Shown here: positions 39,596-51,479 of the stretch, one piece after another
Layout: the number at the start of each line of letters is the position of its first letter
Numbering within the stretch: position 1 is the stretch's first letter
From: Mytilus trossulus
Taxonomy: Eukaryota
Direction of reading: 5' to 3'
DNA length: 64,000 nucleotides
Assembly: GCF_036588685.1 (NCBI RefSeq)
Contig: NC_086379.1
Span: 55,304,001 to 55,368,000, forward strand
Made by a program: the position numbers and the translations under genes
The notes under the pieces: generated by a model
Database searches by the model: none
Told to the model about the DNA's origin: nothing
What the model saw: only the letters and a program-made list of their open reading frames with translations

Positions 39596-39750
39596 TAAAA
39601 TTGAGAATGGAAATGGGGAATGTGCCAAAGAGTTAACAACCCGACCATAAGAAAAAAACAACAGCAAAAGGTCACCAACAGGTCTTAAATGTAGCGAGAA
39701 ATTCCCGCATCCGGGGGCGACCTTCATATGTCCACAGAACATTGTTCTAC
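39596..39750 (-). mobile_element. Repeat family D copy
   Basis: Reverse complement of 24020-24168. Confidence 0.8.
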
Positions 39751-41732
39751 TAAGGTTCACTTTAAGAGCGGCACAAACAAGTCTTTATCGAACCAGTTAT
39801 ATAAAAACAAAAAGATATTCTCGAGAGTAATTACACTGTCCCAAAATGTTAACGAATTATTATCAAAATACCAATAAAACAAAGTTTTGAAAATACTTAA
39901 AATCTCAATATACAAAATCCAAGTTATTAACTCTCCATTTAATTTCAAATTAGTTTTGTAACTCTAAAATGAAGAGATAATGACAGTGGTTTATTGGACA
40001 TGTAAATTCATTTTCTAAATCAAATCACAATAGCTAAGCAGTATGAATAATTTGTACATAACATTTCATTTTTTTAAATCTTTTTAACTAACATTCATTT
40101 ATAGTAAAAAAACAATAAAATTATTTCAGGAATTTACAGAAATTATTAGTCCAATATAAGAATAAAACGATATAGTATGATTGCCAATGAGACAATTCTC
40201 CATCAAAGACCAAAACTCCCAGGAAATTAACAAATATTAGATCTCATTACGTCCTTGAAAGGTCCTGAAAAGACAAATGTTAAAAACAATTTAAACGAGA
40301 AAAATAACTGTCTAATCTATACTACTAAAATAAAGAGGTCCGATATGTTTGCCGACATGACATAAACACGAGGAACTAAAGACCTAGACAATGGTGTTGA
40401 TTGAAACATTTTATCCACTTAACTCATTTTACTGGTCGAATCCGATGACAATACCAATAGTTTATGTAACATATACATGTAGTTTCCATTGAAATTATGA
40501 TCTGTACCAAGCTTCTTTCTTAATAGGAGCAACACCATAATATATGGTGTATCGGATGACATGTAATACACTGTATCTGTACATAATTAATGTGAGCATT
40601 TGCCAAACCAGCTTCATAGCCTTTTCATTACAGTTCTTCTACCAGAAAAATCACCCTTAAAAAAATAAGTAGAATGCAATAAAACGTACTAACACATAAA
40701 ACGCAATGAATTCGCTCCCCCCTTAAAATATAGGAATGAGACAAATACAAAAACACGTACATGTATATACACTTTAAAGGACAAAGTTTTGATAAATAAA
40801 AAACAGGACGGGTTCAATTTGACAAATATGTAAATATTTGAGAGTAGTCACAGTTACGGACAGCCCGAGAAGTTCATAGCCAATAACAAGAAATCAGAAA
40901 GATCATGCATCTAAAACAAAAATATCAAAAAGTACAAACCGAACATCAATATTTTTTATGGAAATGTTTGAATGAGTGAATGTATTGGTTTGTCCTTAGA
41001 AACCCAGCTTGGTAAAAATATATTGACGATAAGGTAATAGAATATTTTTCATCTTACAGAGAGTTTACCGTACAAATAAACTATTTTCGATCTTCATTTT
41101 TGAAAAAAAAGGAAAAATTAAAAAAAAAGAATATTCAGAACGTAAGTATGCCATTTCAGAAGATGATTTCGAAACCGTTTCTATGTTTAACGTTATTTGT
41201 ATACATGTAAGGGCATACGTAACGTCAGTATATCATCCAAACCGTATGCCAATGAAAGTTGAAAGGAGGGCAAGAATGTATTTGAACTGTTTCAGCTGCT
41301 CAACAGTTGTATCATTATAACTATGCGATTTATTCTTATACCAGTTAGTATGTGTGATTTGAATATTTCTATGACTTTAGTTTATATCTTCTTCGACGTC
41401 CTATGCTATCAAAAATAACGAAGAACATTCCGACTTGCAACTCAATTAGTTCTCTGTATAGTCTCAATGGCAATCACACCACATCTCCTTATTTATTATA
41501 CTTATTGATTTTTACCTAATTACTAAATGGTATGGTAGTTTTTCTTTATTTAAGATAGCAAGGCAATTCGAAGTTCGCATGTTTATCTTTTGGTTATGGA
41601 TAATATAAAAGTTTACCACATCTCCTGTTTGTCATGTTTGTACACGTTAACTCTGCCGATTGAGTAATTATTCTGACTACGTGTTATCGATAAATCGACA
41701 CAGACCTTTAATCTAGTTTCCATTCTTTACTG

Positions 41733-41847
41733 TCAAACCCCATTAGTCACGACTGTTGATTGGTTATCATTAAGGTACACGTATGTTTGGTTGGAATCTT
41801 GGTTTCCATAAAAAGGTCCAAGGTTTATATCATCATATGTCTGATCT
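41733..41847 (-). CDS. Cytoplasmic terminal exon (DQTYDDINLGPFYGNQDSNQTYVYLNDNQSTVVTNGV*)
   Basis: Acceptor TTTTATTTTAAG, phase 2; YDDI and YVYL motifs. Confidence 0.65.
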
Positions 41848-42586
41848 CTTAAAATAAAATTTTTAGAACTCAAAAGTGGCAAAAAATGTTGAACAAACGA
41901 CATCTTTTCTACATAATTTTCAGAAAACAATGTGCTTTTGTTCAAAAAGAAGTGAAGAATAAATAAAGACAAAATTGCTACGTGGCTGTTTGGTTTCTAA
42001 TCTTGTTCAACATAGAAAGTTATTTGTGTAGTTAGATACTGAAAATGTTTCTAAATGGTAAGATTTTCGATACTTGCATCACTTCTATATTATTTTATGT
42101 TTTTGAATAAATTTGTACAGTTTGTAATCGAAATCATTGGACCTGACTTTTACAAAAGAGAACATATCGTTGGCCCCGTAATTTAAGAGTAGAGAATTTT
42201 GGTCATAGTTAATAGACGTACAACAACGACCAGGACGATAATAAATAGCTTAAACGAACACTTTGGTATAAATTGTGAATCACATTCGTTAAGGCTATTA
42301 AAAAAATATGTGTGTATGACAAATGGAAATAACGGCACAAAGGGGAAAATCTGATATATTTTAAATGATTCTGGTGTATTCTGAATAAAATCCAATATAA
42401 TGTTCTGCTTAGTTTTCAATAACGATTTATATTTTTGGGAGCACACATTATGTTTACATGCTATTGCTATTTTATATTAGTTCCCAATTTAATGATATGT
42501 TTGCAAAATATGTTTTATTCAGTGATACGTTGAAGACAAAATATAGTACTTGTATACAAGATGTATTCAATATTTTAGTTTCATAC

Positions 42587-42605
42587 CTGTTTTCTCTGGC
42601 AGTGC
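42587..42605 (-). CDS. 19-nt microexon (GTARENR)
   Basis: CATTTTAG|GCACTGCCAGAGAAAACAG|GTATGA; phase 1 to 2 links the TM exon to the last exon. Confidence 0.6.
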
Positions 42606-44212
42606 CTAAAATGTAAAAGACTACATGTACGGTAGGAAAAAGAAATGTTTTTGAACCCGAAGTTAATTATATTATAATCAGAATATTGAAAATGGTTTTT
42701 GATATAATATATGAGATAGAAAAACTGTGGAACATCAGATTGATACTCTTATTTCTGAGTTAACAAGGGTTCAATGCATTAAGTTTTGTGAACTTGCTAA
42801 CAAAAAACCCACCGAATTTTATTTTGAATCAACCATCATACTTGTTTGAAAAATAAAAAAAACAATGTCATTAAAGTGACAAAAAGACTCTAACGTGTAA
42901 ACCTTTGCAATTGTCATCTTAAGCAGATTTTGAAATTATTTTTCAGGAATTTAAAATTATACAAAGATCCTGTTTGGTAGATAATTGTATTACCTGATTG
43001 TTTTTAAGCTTGAATAATTTATGTTACATAAAATGATTTACAATATCGGGCATTACAACACAATGTGTAAAGGTTGACTAAAAATACAACAACAATAAAA
43101 CAAAACATAAATAAGAATTCTGCATCACATATACAAAATGAGAATTATGTTCTTTTACGATGTCATAAGCATCTAGTTTATTTAATATTTATTTCTTTTG
43201 GTGTTATACTGGCTACCTAAAAAAATAAAAATAACCACAAAAGAATCCACATATAGTTTAACAAATATAGTTATGATTAACGACGTTTTGTTACTACAAA
43301 TATCTCGATTAAACGACAAATTGGAAAATTGCATAATGCTTAAATTATCGTCTTCTAAACCCTGTGTAACGTAATGTTGTTATTTTAGCCACATTTTTAA
43401 CATAGCTTTATGAGCGAGAGGTTTGGCCAGCACTAAAACCAGGTTCAACCTATCATTTTGTCATTAGATATCCGGTACCAAGCCAAGCGTATGGTAGCTG
43501 TTAACAAATAATCAGTTTCTATGAATGTTGGCGGGTTTTGTTTGTTACAGTTAAGTGTTCTGTCGACCCTTTGATCATTTTTCTTTGTATTCTAAAAGGA
43601 TAACAATGCTCCACCGTAGTTATATCATTGAATTTTGTTTTAAACGGCCTACATATTATAATCGGTATATCAAAACCAAACAAAATTAAATTATTCTTAT
43701 ATAAACTTGTAAACTCACTCTTCTACAATCTGTCGATACCTTATTTTTGGCGAAGCACAAGGTCATGTTTTCATCTTACTGTTAATGACGTGTTTCACTA
43801 AATACATCGGAAATTGCATGTGTATTGTATGATAGTTTTGTCTTAAAAACATTATTTTTATGAGTTGTTATTTTTTTATGAGTACTAAGCCCTTTTCAAC
43901 TGACTTGCATAGTTTGTTCTTTTGATTTTCCTCTGAGTTCAGTACTTTTGTGATTAAACTTTTTGCATTACTGTTGTACCAGCGTCTCAGTATAGGGAGA
44001 GGGTTTGAAGACAGCAAACAGGTTTACACCCGCCATATTTGATCGTGTCTATCCCAAATTAGGAGCTTGTAAGTCATTGGTTGTCGTTTGTTAATGTATA
44101 TCGTATTTGTTTTTCGATTATTGTTTTGTTGTCTCTAGTTGAGAGTTGTCTCGTTGGCTACATTTTCCTTATAATATATCTACTCCGGGAGGATGGTATA
44201 TTAATGTTATAC

Positions 44213-44326
44213 CTGACTTTCGTAAAACGAATACAATTATTGCTCCTACAATCATCACTGTTATTCCACAAATAATGCTGCCAACAATTATTAATGAGAT
44301 GTTAATATCTCGACTTGAACGAATGT
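44213..44326 (-). CDS. Transmembrane exon (DIRSSRDINISLIIVGSIICGITVMIVGAIIVFVLRKS)
   Basis: 114 nt, phase 1-1, TTTCAG/GTATAA; ~25 hydrophobic residues followed by RK. Confidence 0.85.
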
Positions 44327-44747
44327 CTGAAATTTAGAAAAAAAATTTTATTAGCAGCTTTTTTAACAAGTTCTTTTAAAAGTTTATAAAAATAAACATC
44401 ATATATTTTGTTTCTCCCAATCGTTTATTATAAAATATCTCTTTTGGGAACGCTCAAAGCCCTTAATGTCAAATTTGAATTTTCCTCGGAGTTGATTATT
44501 TTTGTGATTGTACTTCTCTCTTATTAATGTGTGCATATTTGTTCGAGAATGGTTACAAGTTGGTCTAAGTTCTTAGATTTTGTTTGAATTCCATAAGCCT
44601 AAACTGTCCGAGTTCATCTGTTTGCGTTTAAGGTAATGCTCAATGAAACAAACACATTGCCACGCTATCTTTCATGGCAAAGAATGTATACTTACAATGA
44701 GAAATGCAATAATGCAGCTAAATCTCGAACAAAAATGTTTTACGTAC

Positions 44748-45105
44748 CTTCTAATTGTTTTATTAAATTTATTCTGTATTCCACAGGACTTCCAAAACTG
44801 TTTTCTAATTGAACAGTGTAGGTATTAAAATCATCAATTATTAAACTATTAATTTTGAGAGTCAGAATAAATCCATCGAGGTCAACTGCTGTGAAATACT
44901 CCTTTCACTATCCAAGATGATTCGGTCAGACTGTACTTAGGAGAGGGAATTATTTTGAGATCTCTATTTATTCCACGGTACCAATTTACCGATTCATATG
45001 TAGGAACACTAAAAATTTGAACCTTTATCTCAACCGGTCGTCCAACTTCACCAATCACATTTGATATAGTGACACTTTCGATGTCTGGTATAAAGACTGG
45101 TTTTG
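44748..45105 (-). pseudogene. Ig-like domain exon 2 with a frameshift
   Basis: AKPVFIPD…VQIFSVPTYESVNWYR…KGVFH / AVDLDGFILTLKINSLIIDDFNTYTVQLENSFGSPVEYRINL; 358 nt (3n+1); acceptor TTTCCAG, donor G|GTACGT. Confidence 0.85.
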
Positions 45106-45502
45106 CTGGAAACAATTCATATCAGTTTTATTGTCATTCATGTACTTTTTGATATATATCATTCAATTAGTAAAATAGAAAACATAAGAAAATTCAGTCA
45201 AAAATTATCATATCAAAGTGTAAAAAACAAGTGATAGTAAATTACGACAAAATAATTATATTCAAAGTACCGGTTTCTGCTCCTTTAATAGCAAGGTTAA
45301 TTTCACGTCAACTGAACTTAAACGAACTTGTAATATCGGGTTTTTATTTCTATAATCTCTTAAGGGTTATGCAGTTTTAAAAAAAAAATCAGGATCAAAA
45401 TTATAACTAAAATTAAGGTTATAAATCGTTCAAATTCATATCATGTGATGTCACTCAATTTTCTTTGTTTGTTCTACCAACTTAAGTTCTAGTATACACT
45501 AC

Positions 45503-45789
45503 CATGTATAGTAACAAAACCATATCCACTTAGCTGAATAGTTCCGTTTCCAGCATTGCACACATATTTTCCGTTGTCCTGATAACTATCTTTTGTGCGA
45601 GTGACTGGTAACTTCAATATTCCTCTGTCGTTTCCTGCTATTTCTCTTATTAATTTCCCGTTTAAAGACATATGTTTCCATGGATAGTATGTATATTTGA
45701 TGAGCTACCAGTAGCGATGCAAGTAACTACTCTTAACGTCTCTTCCTGGTTGAAGGTCATGTTATTGACACGTATTTCCGTGGCAACCA
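45503..45789 (-). pseudogene. Ig-like domain exon 1 with a 1-bp deletion
   Basis: VATEIRVNNMTFNQEETLRVVTCIATGSSS / YTYYPWKHMSLNGKLIREI…YQDNGKYVCNAGNG…GFVTIH. Has the C…W…DxGxYxC Ig signature; 287 nt (3n-1) between phase-1 sites. Confidence 0.88.
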
Positions 45790-45837
45790 CTAAAAGGCAA
45801 ATTTTATGTTCATTGTGTTTTTCCATACATATACTGT

Positions 45838-45978
45838 TAATTTGGGATCCTCAATGCTCTTCAACTTTGTACTTGTTTGGCTTTATAACTATTTTGATAT
45901 AAGCGTCACTTATAAGTCTTATGTAGACGAAACGCGCGTCTGGTGTACTAAATAATAATCCTGGTCCCTTTGAAAACT
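45838..45978 (+). mobile_element. 5'-truncated retrozyme copy (HHR core mutated to CTTATAA), intronic and antisense to the Ig gene
   Basis: GCGTCA CTTATAA GTCTTATGTAGAC GAAA CGCGCG TC TGGTGT at 45903-45946. Confidence 0.85.
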
Positions 45979-46150
45979 TTAATATGATTTCAAATGTGTA
46001 CCCAAATATAAACATACATTATTTTATTAGGTGTAAAACCACCATTGATTTTTCTCTAAAAGTCTTGGCTAGATTTGCACTTTTCAAAAGTTGCAAAGAA
46101 TTTATCTTTGTTTCAAACAAGGTTATACTTGGCATGAGTAAAGTTTTAAC

Positions 46151-46160
46151 CTGTCCAGTA
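46151..46160 (-). CDS. Candidate 10-nt microexon (TACTGGACAG; Y-W-T)
   Basis: TTTTTATAG|TACTGGACAG|GTTAAA; phase 0 to 1. Confidence 0.5.
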
Positions 46161-46363
46161 CTATAAAAACTATTGAACATACCATTGCATTGCATACAAT
46201 AAAAAACTATCACTTGAAGTTAATCAAATATCTCAATTTTGTAACCTGTTATAATTAACAAGCTTTAGTAAACATGTAATCTCAAGTTTTCAAAATATTC
46301 TATATAAACCACAAAATAAAAAGTAATGTTGTTTTGAAATAGGTAAGTTATATGTTTATTAAC

Positions 46364-46373
46364 CTGAACTGTT
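46364..46373 (-). CDS. Candidate 10-nt microexon (AACAGTTCAG; R-T-V-Q)
   Basis: CTGTAG|AACAGTTCAG|GTTAAT; phase 2 to 0. Confidence 0.5.
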
Positions 46374-46406
46374 CTACAGCAATACAATATTGAATCATTT
46401 CCCTAT

Positions 46407-47235
46407 AAAAGAGAGACGAAAGATACCAGAGGGACAGTCAAACTAATAAATCGTAAATAAATTGACAACGTCATGGCTAAAAATGAAAAAAAAGAAATAC
46501 AGACAAACAATAGTTCACATGCCAAAACATAGAAAACTAAAGAATAAGCAACACGAAGCCCACAAAAACTAGGGGTTATCTCAGGTGTTCCGGAAGGGTA
46601 AGCAGATCCTGTTCCATATGTGGAACCTGTCGTGTTGCTTCTGTGATAACAGATCTGGAAAATAGTCTAATTCGGTAGGTCACATTCATGAAAGGGAAGG
46701 GGATTGTAGTTACGACGTAAGGAACATATCCGATATCATTTGTGAAACCGTTATTCCATAACGGTCAACCAACTCGTGATGGCGTCCGTAAAATTTACGA
46801 AGGGATCATTTCAACTTCACCATTTGGAACTCTTGGTTTAATAGCTTCCTTGTGAGCAGCAACCCTCTATCAAGAAAATCATGATAGGAAATGCCAGAAC
46901 GGGAATATCGTATCAATTGGGAGATATATACCATGTATGCAGGTGCTGCTTGAATTTTGTTACTTAGAAATAGAAAGTTCACAATTGGAAAGCTGAAATT
47001 ATCTCTTTTGTCGTAAAGTTTTGTTTCCAACCGACCCACATCTTAACTTAATTGTATCTGTAGTATCCTTTATCTCTAGTTCGATGGGATAGATGCATTA
47101 AACATAGTCACCAAATTTATTTTTTTTTTGGTGAAAGAATATCATCTATATAGAGGAACGTAGAGTTAAGGATATTTATAACTTCTTGTCCTTCTTCTTA
47201 AGAAGTTTCTGTAAAAGTCAGCCTCGTGAAAATAA
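46407..47235 (-). mobile_element. Penelope-like RT relic (family E) with YIDD motif and 3' tail
   Basis: …NSTFLYIDDILS (TATATAGATGAT at about 47141-47153)…ETKLYDKRDNFSFPIVNFLFL…YISQLIRYS; frameshifted. Confidence 0.85.
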
Positions 47236-47557
47236 ATTTTCGTATGAAACAAGATGTGACGTCCTCTGATTTAGTGGCATTTCACTTATTACAATTTTTA
47301 CATGTACTGAGATAAAGGACTATGTACTATTTGCTTGAAAAGAAGGAAAAGAAAACTTTTCGTTTTTTTCTTCATTATGTACATTAAACTATTATTTTCT
47401 ATACTATATGGGTCAAAATATTAAATATTAAACACATTTTTCTAGTTTGTGCAATTTTTTCAAGCCAATGCCTCTTTATTTTACACAATATCTGTTTTCT
47501 AAAGCTTACCTGTCCTGAAAAAGCAAAACGTTGAGTGAACTGGAGCGACCCGAATGA

Positions 47558-47777
47558 ATTTTTCGTTCATTTTTTTATATGAATAAGGCCGATAGTTTTC
47601 TTGTTTGAATGTTTTTAGATTGTCATTTCGGGGTCTTCTACAGCTGACTAGTAGTTTTGGCTTTGTTCATTGTTAAAGGTCGTAAGGTGACCCCATAGTT
47701 GTTAATTTCTCTGTCAATTTGGTCTCTTTTGGACAAATGTTTCATAAGCAATCATACCACATCTTCTTTTTTATATC
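47558..47777 (+). mobile_element. Repeat family A copy
   Basis: Reverse complement of 1-210. Confidence 0.75.
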
Positions 47778-49285
47778 AGAAGTTTCTTGTTTGTTGTCTT
47801 TTTTTATAATTCAGCTTGTTAAAAGACTAGAAGACTATGATCGTATGTTGTTAAAATTTTGGGTTTGTTTTATAATATTTTGTTGGCCTGATCTTGTTTT
47901 AGTAATAGTTTTGATAAAAATACATACATGCATCACAATTTGGTCCTGCATAACCTTCACAGCAATAATCCGTTGATTTGCTGACCATCCTTCAAGCAAA
48001 AAAATTGTAATGAGAAGAACAAAAATTGACTACAGTATTATTGTTGAGCAAATACTCCATATTCAATTTCCTACACAAGCCACACAGTTTTTATCAAAAT
48101 TTTCCTGACTTGGTACAGGACACTTTTGGAAAACGAATTGTTCAATGGCAAGCTAAATTTCCTGCTTATGTGACAATGTTAAAAAAAATATCGATAATGT
48201 TGCAACACTAATTAGTTCATCTGTAAGGGCAAGAGACATTCATTTTCATAAAGAGGCAAACATTTCTATAAAAGCTAAAAAAATGTTTTTTAATACAACC
48301 ATCAAAATAATATTGACTTCTTATGTTGTGTTTGTGCAAAAATTATTATTGCTAGAATCATTAAAGAGAATTGAAAGGAATAATAGTTCTTCATGAAGAT
48401 AAGAGTTGTTTAATATGAAAAAGTTGAAACAATTAGGTCACGTAGCGGACATTGCGATTTGCACTGTATCTTTCGGTTCGTCGTTGTTCAGGTACTATCT
48501 TTGGTTTTAGTGCACGTTGTGCCAAATGGGCCACCGTCATTTCCAGCAAATGTTGAGTGATGTTTAAAAAAATTGATACATAACAGGACATATTCGTCAT
48601 TTTAAACTATTAAAAATGGTATGTTGTTAATCTGTAATGTCCCTCTTTATCCTACAACTCGCTCCGTTTCTACGTTAATAAACATCCAAGTAGGCTTTGC
48701 AAGGTTTTATATTTGAAGTTTGAAGTCATGATATCTATATCACTAACTGAGAGTTGAATACTAAAATTTATGATAAAATAGATAATTTTTCATTTCCTAT
48801 CGTTAAGTATCCGATTTTTTGCTATTTTCTTTGTTTGAAGGTATATGTTACTCTATGCATGTGAAACGTTACAAAAACTGGTCATAATTTTCTAAATACC
48901 GTGTTTTTTTAACAGAAATTTTTGTAATAGGAAAAACTGAAGTTCAGAAATATCTTTTTTCAACTAAAATTCTCCATGCGGTAAAAGTTGTAACATAGGA
49001 ATATGAATATAAAATCAATCAACAATAAAATTGAGAATGGAAATTGGGAATATGTCAAAGAGACAACAACCCGACCAAAGAAAAATAACAACAGAAGGTT
49101 ACTAACAGGTCTAAATGAAACAGATACTACCATTACATTTCAGATTCATGTTCTTATTCTTAAATATTCAAAACTTGATTGATCTTCGTAAGTCAATGTT
49201 GATCATATTGAAAATAGATGTTTTTTTCAAATATAGTTGTTTATTCAGGTTATAATATAATTTCAATGTCTGAATATATAAATAT

Positions 49286-49448
49286 AGATTCTTACATTGA
49301 TACCAGTGGATTATCGGATTTATCCAATCGAGATAGTTAAATTATCAATTTTAAAGTTCGAGCCGCCTCGGCGAGTACTTTAAAATTTATAATTTAACTA
49401 TCGAGATTGGATAAATCCGATAATCCACGAGTAACTATGTAAGAATCT
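49286..49448. repeat. 163-bp palindrome (MITE-like)
   Basis: AGATTCTTACAT…GTGGATTATCGGATTTATCCAATC…GATAGTTAAATTAT is mirrored around GAGCCGCCTCGGCGAG. Confidence 0.9.
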
Positions 49449-49729
49449 GTTTCTCTAATGATTAAAAAGACATTTTCTTTTTTTGTTTACCGAAAATCCC
49501 CTTCGAGTGCCTTTCACATTGCACGAAGTTGTCAATTTCATTAACACCTGTTATCATATTTTGGTTCATCCGGTCAGCCAAAAAGGTCATGACCCTTAAA
49601 ATCATCCAATGATCTTCTGAGATCACCAGCAACCACACGTTAATTAAATTTTTTTATACAATGGGTTCGAAAAGGGATAAATTTCCATAGAATTAGAGAA
49701 ATATTTCTATATTACATGCTAATACTAAC

Positions 49730-49819
49730 CTGTATCTAGTACACGTGTCAGTTACCCATGACCCACAGTCCTCCTGATATAATTGTGAACTGTAAGTTGT
49801 AGTCGAGCACCATCCAGGC
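49730..49819 (-). CDS. EMI-like Cys-rich exon (PGWCSTTTYSSQLYQEDCGSWVTDTCTRYR)
   Basis: Acceptor TTTTTTATTCAG, donor AG|GTTAGT, 90 nt, phase 2-2. GPxxC…CGxW…CTRYR resembles MEGF10/Draper-type N-terminal EMI modules. Confidence 0.75.
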
Positions 49820-50949
49820 CTGAATAAAAAATAAATAAAACTGTTGAACTGTTATTGATTTAACCAACTAGCTTCTGATTATTCTAATATTCCGGTTGTT
49901 AAAGAAAAAAATGTTGCAGATATTTTTGAAATATACGTTTTCATCAGTCAATGTGTGATGAAGGTGATAAAAATACTAAAGAATATCATCGAAATGCTAT
50001 ATTATAACAGTAAAATCAATCTATTGAGGGGAGAAAATACAGTTTCGATACAGATGAATTTTAAAACGAAAATTTCGATACAAGCTTAATTAAATTAAAA
50101 ACTTCAAATATGTAATAAAAAAAAAACATACATCCATGTCCTTTTTAAAGAGATAAATGGGGATGAAATTTAGACATTGAATCAAAATTTACTCTTTTGA
50201 GGATAGACATACCTAACTTTTTTATTTCAACAAATAGACACTACATTATCAAAATCTTATTTACATAAATGTGCTTTTAACCTGTACAACAATTCTTTTG
50301 AAACATTTTTTACTGTGTACGTATTTTCAAATTAAAAAAAAATCATTGTTGACTTTTTCGTTAAACTGGTACACATAATCTTCATACGTAATCAAACTTA
50401 TGAACTTTTAAAAAAGAGGGGTCTAGTTTTCAAATCAAATTAGTTTGAATCTATAAAAAAATAAATAATAAAATACATCTTTTACCGGTATGTCACAGTT
50501 TGACGTAGCGAATATAACATTTCACGTTAGTAACGTCATTACCTCCGCTGTAGTTGTATCGTTTGCCCTTGATATAAGTCATACATAATTATCTATGGTT
50601 AACCTTGATAGTTCTAGTAAGCTATAACAATCCAATTAATTGATTTCTTTAGTTAAAATAGTTATGGCTTAAAATAAAGCTTGATACTGAACAAAATCAA
50701 AATTAACACTTGTACATGAAATATAGTAAATTATCAATAAAATATAGAGATTATTGTGAATTGAATAAGAAATAAACGTGTGTTTTGCTTGAAGTCTTAC
50801 CAACTGCGCCAAATTCTCAGAGTTAAATGGTACACGTAGCACAATTTTGTTGTTGTTGTTATTTTGTTTGTATCGTTATTAAAGCATGGTTTAACTTCGT
50901 CAATTATGAATTATAAGAGCATTTAAAATAATATTGTCAAAAAACTGTC

Positions 50950-51420
50950 ATAAAAAAGAAGATGTAGAATTGTTGCAATACAATGAGATACCTTTTCACT
51001 AGATACCAAATGTAACACAACAACAAACGACAACCACTGAATTACAGGCGCCCGACTTGGGACAGGCACCTACGTTCACACATAATTTTGTGTCGCTCCA
51101 ACCCTCCCTAAAACTAGGACAAGATTACAAAATAGAACTTTATAGCTGAAAAAACCTAAACTTATTTAATGGATTGAAATAGAAATACCTCAAACAAAAC
51201 ACAAAGTGGACATTGCCGGGTACTTGTTCATCCCGACAACAAAGAGACACAAAGTATACTTAAGATATCTTGCAGTTACTGACAGCTAGTTCAAGGCTAA
51301 TAACAACTAATAAACCAACTTAGGCATCTAAGATTAAATTATCAAACAGTACACAGCTAACATCCGCTGGAATTAGGACACCGACGACATGAACTGCCAG
51401 AAAAAAAACATGACTTGTGC
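50950..51420 (-). mobile_element. Extended repeat family A copy
   Basis: Matches 58840-59280 and 59940-60040. Confidence 0.7.
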
Positions 51421-51479
51421 AATGTCATGAATGTACATATGTATATAACAATATAAATGACTAAAATCCGAAAAGACCC

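Noticed and set aside
40415-40656. Possible decayed minus-strand exon
   Set aside because: Stops in all frames and no recognisable motif
43719-43797. Extra cytoplasmic exon of the Ig gene (and another near 43180-43216)
   Set aside because: The best acceptor gives an early stop; not needed for a phase-consistent model; left unresolved
47510-47560. Alternative linker exon ending at GGACAG|GTAAGC
   Set aside because: Strong donor but ambiguous acceptor and frame (5 or 30 nt), next to a repeat; cannot be resolved without cDNA
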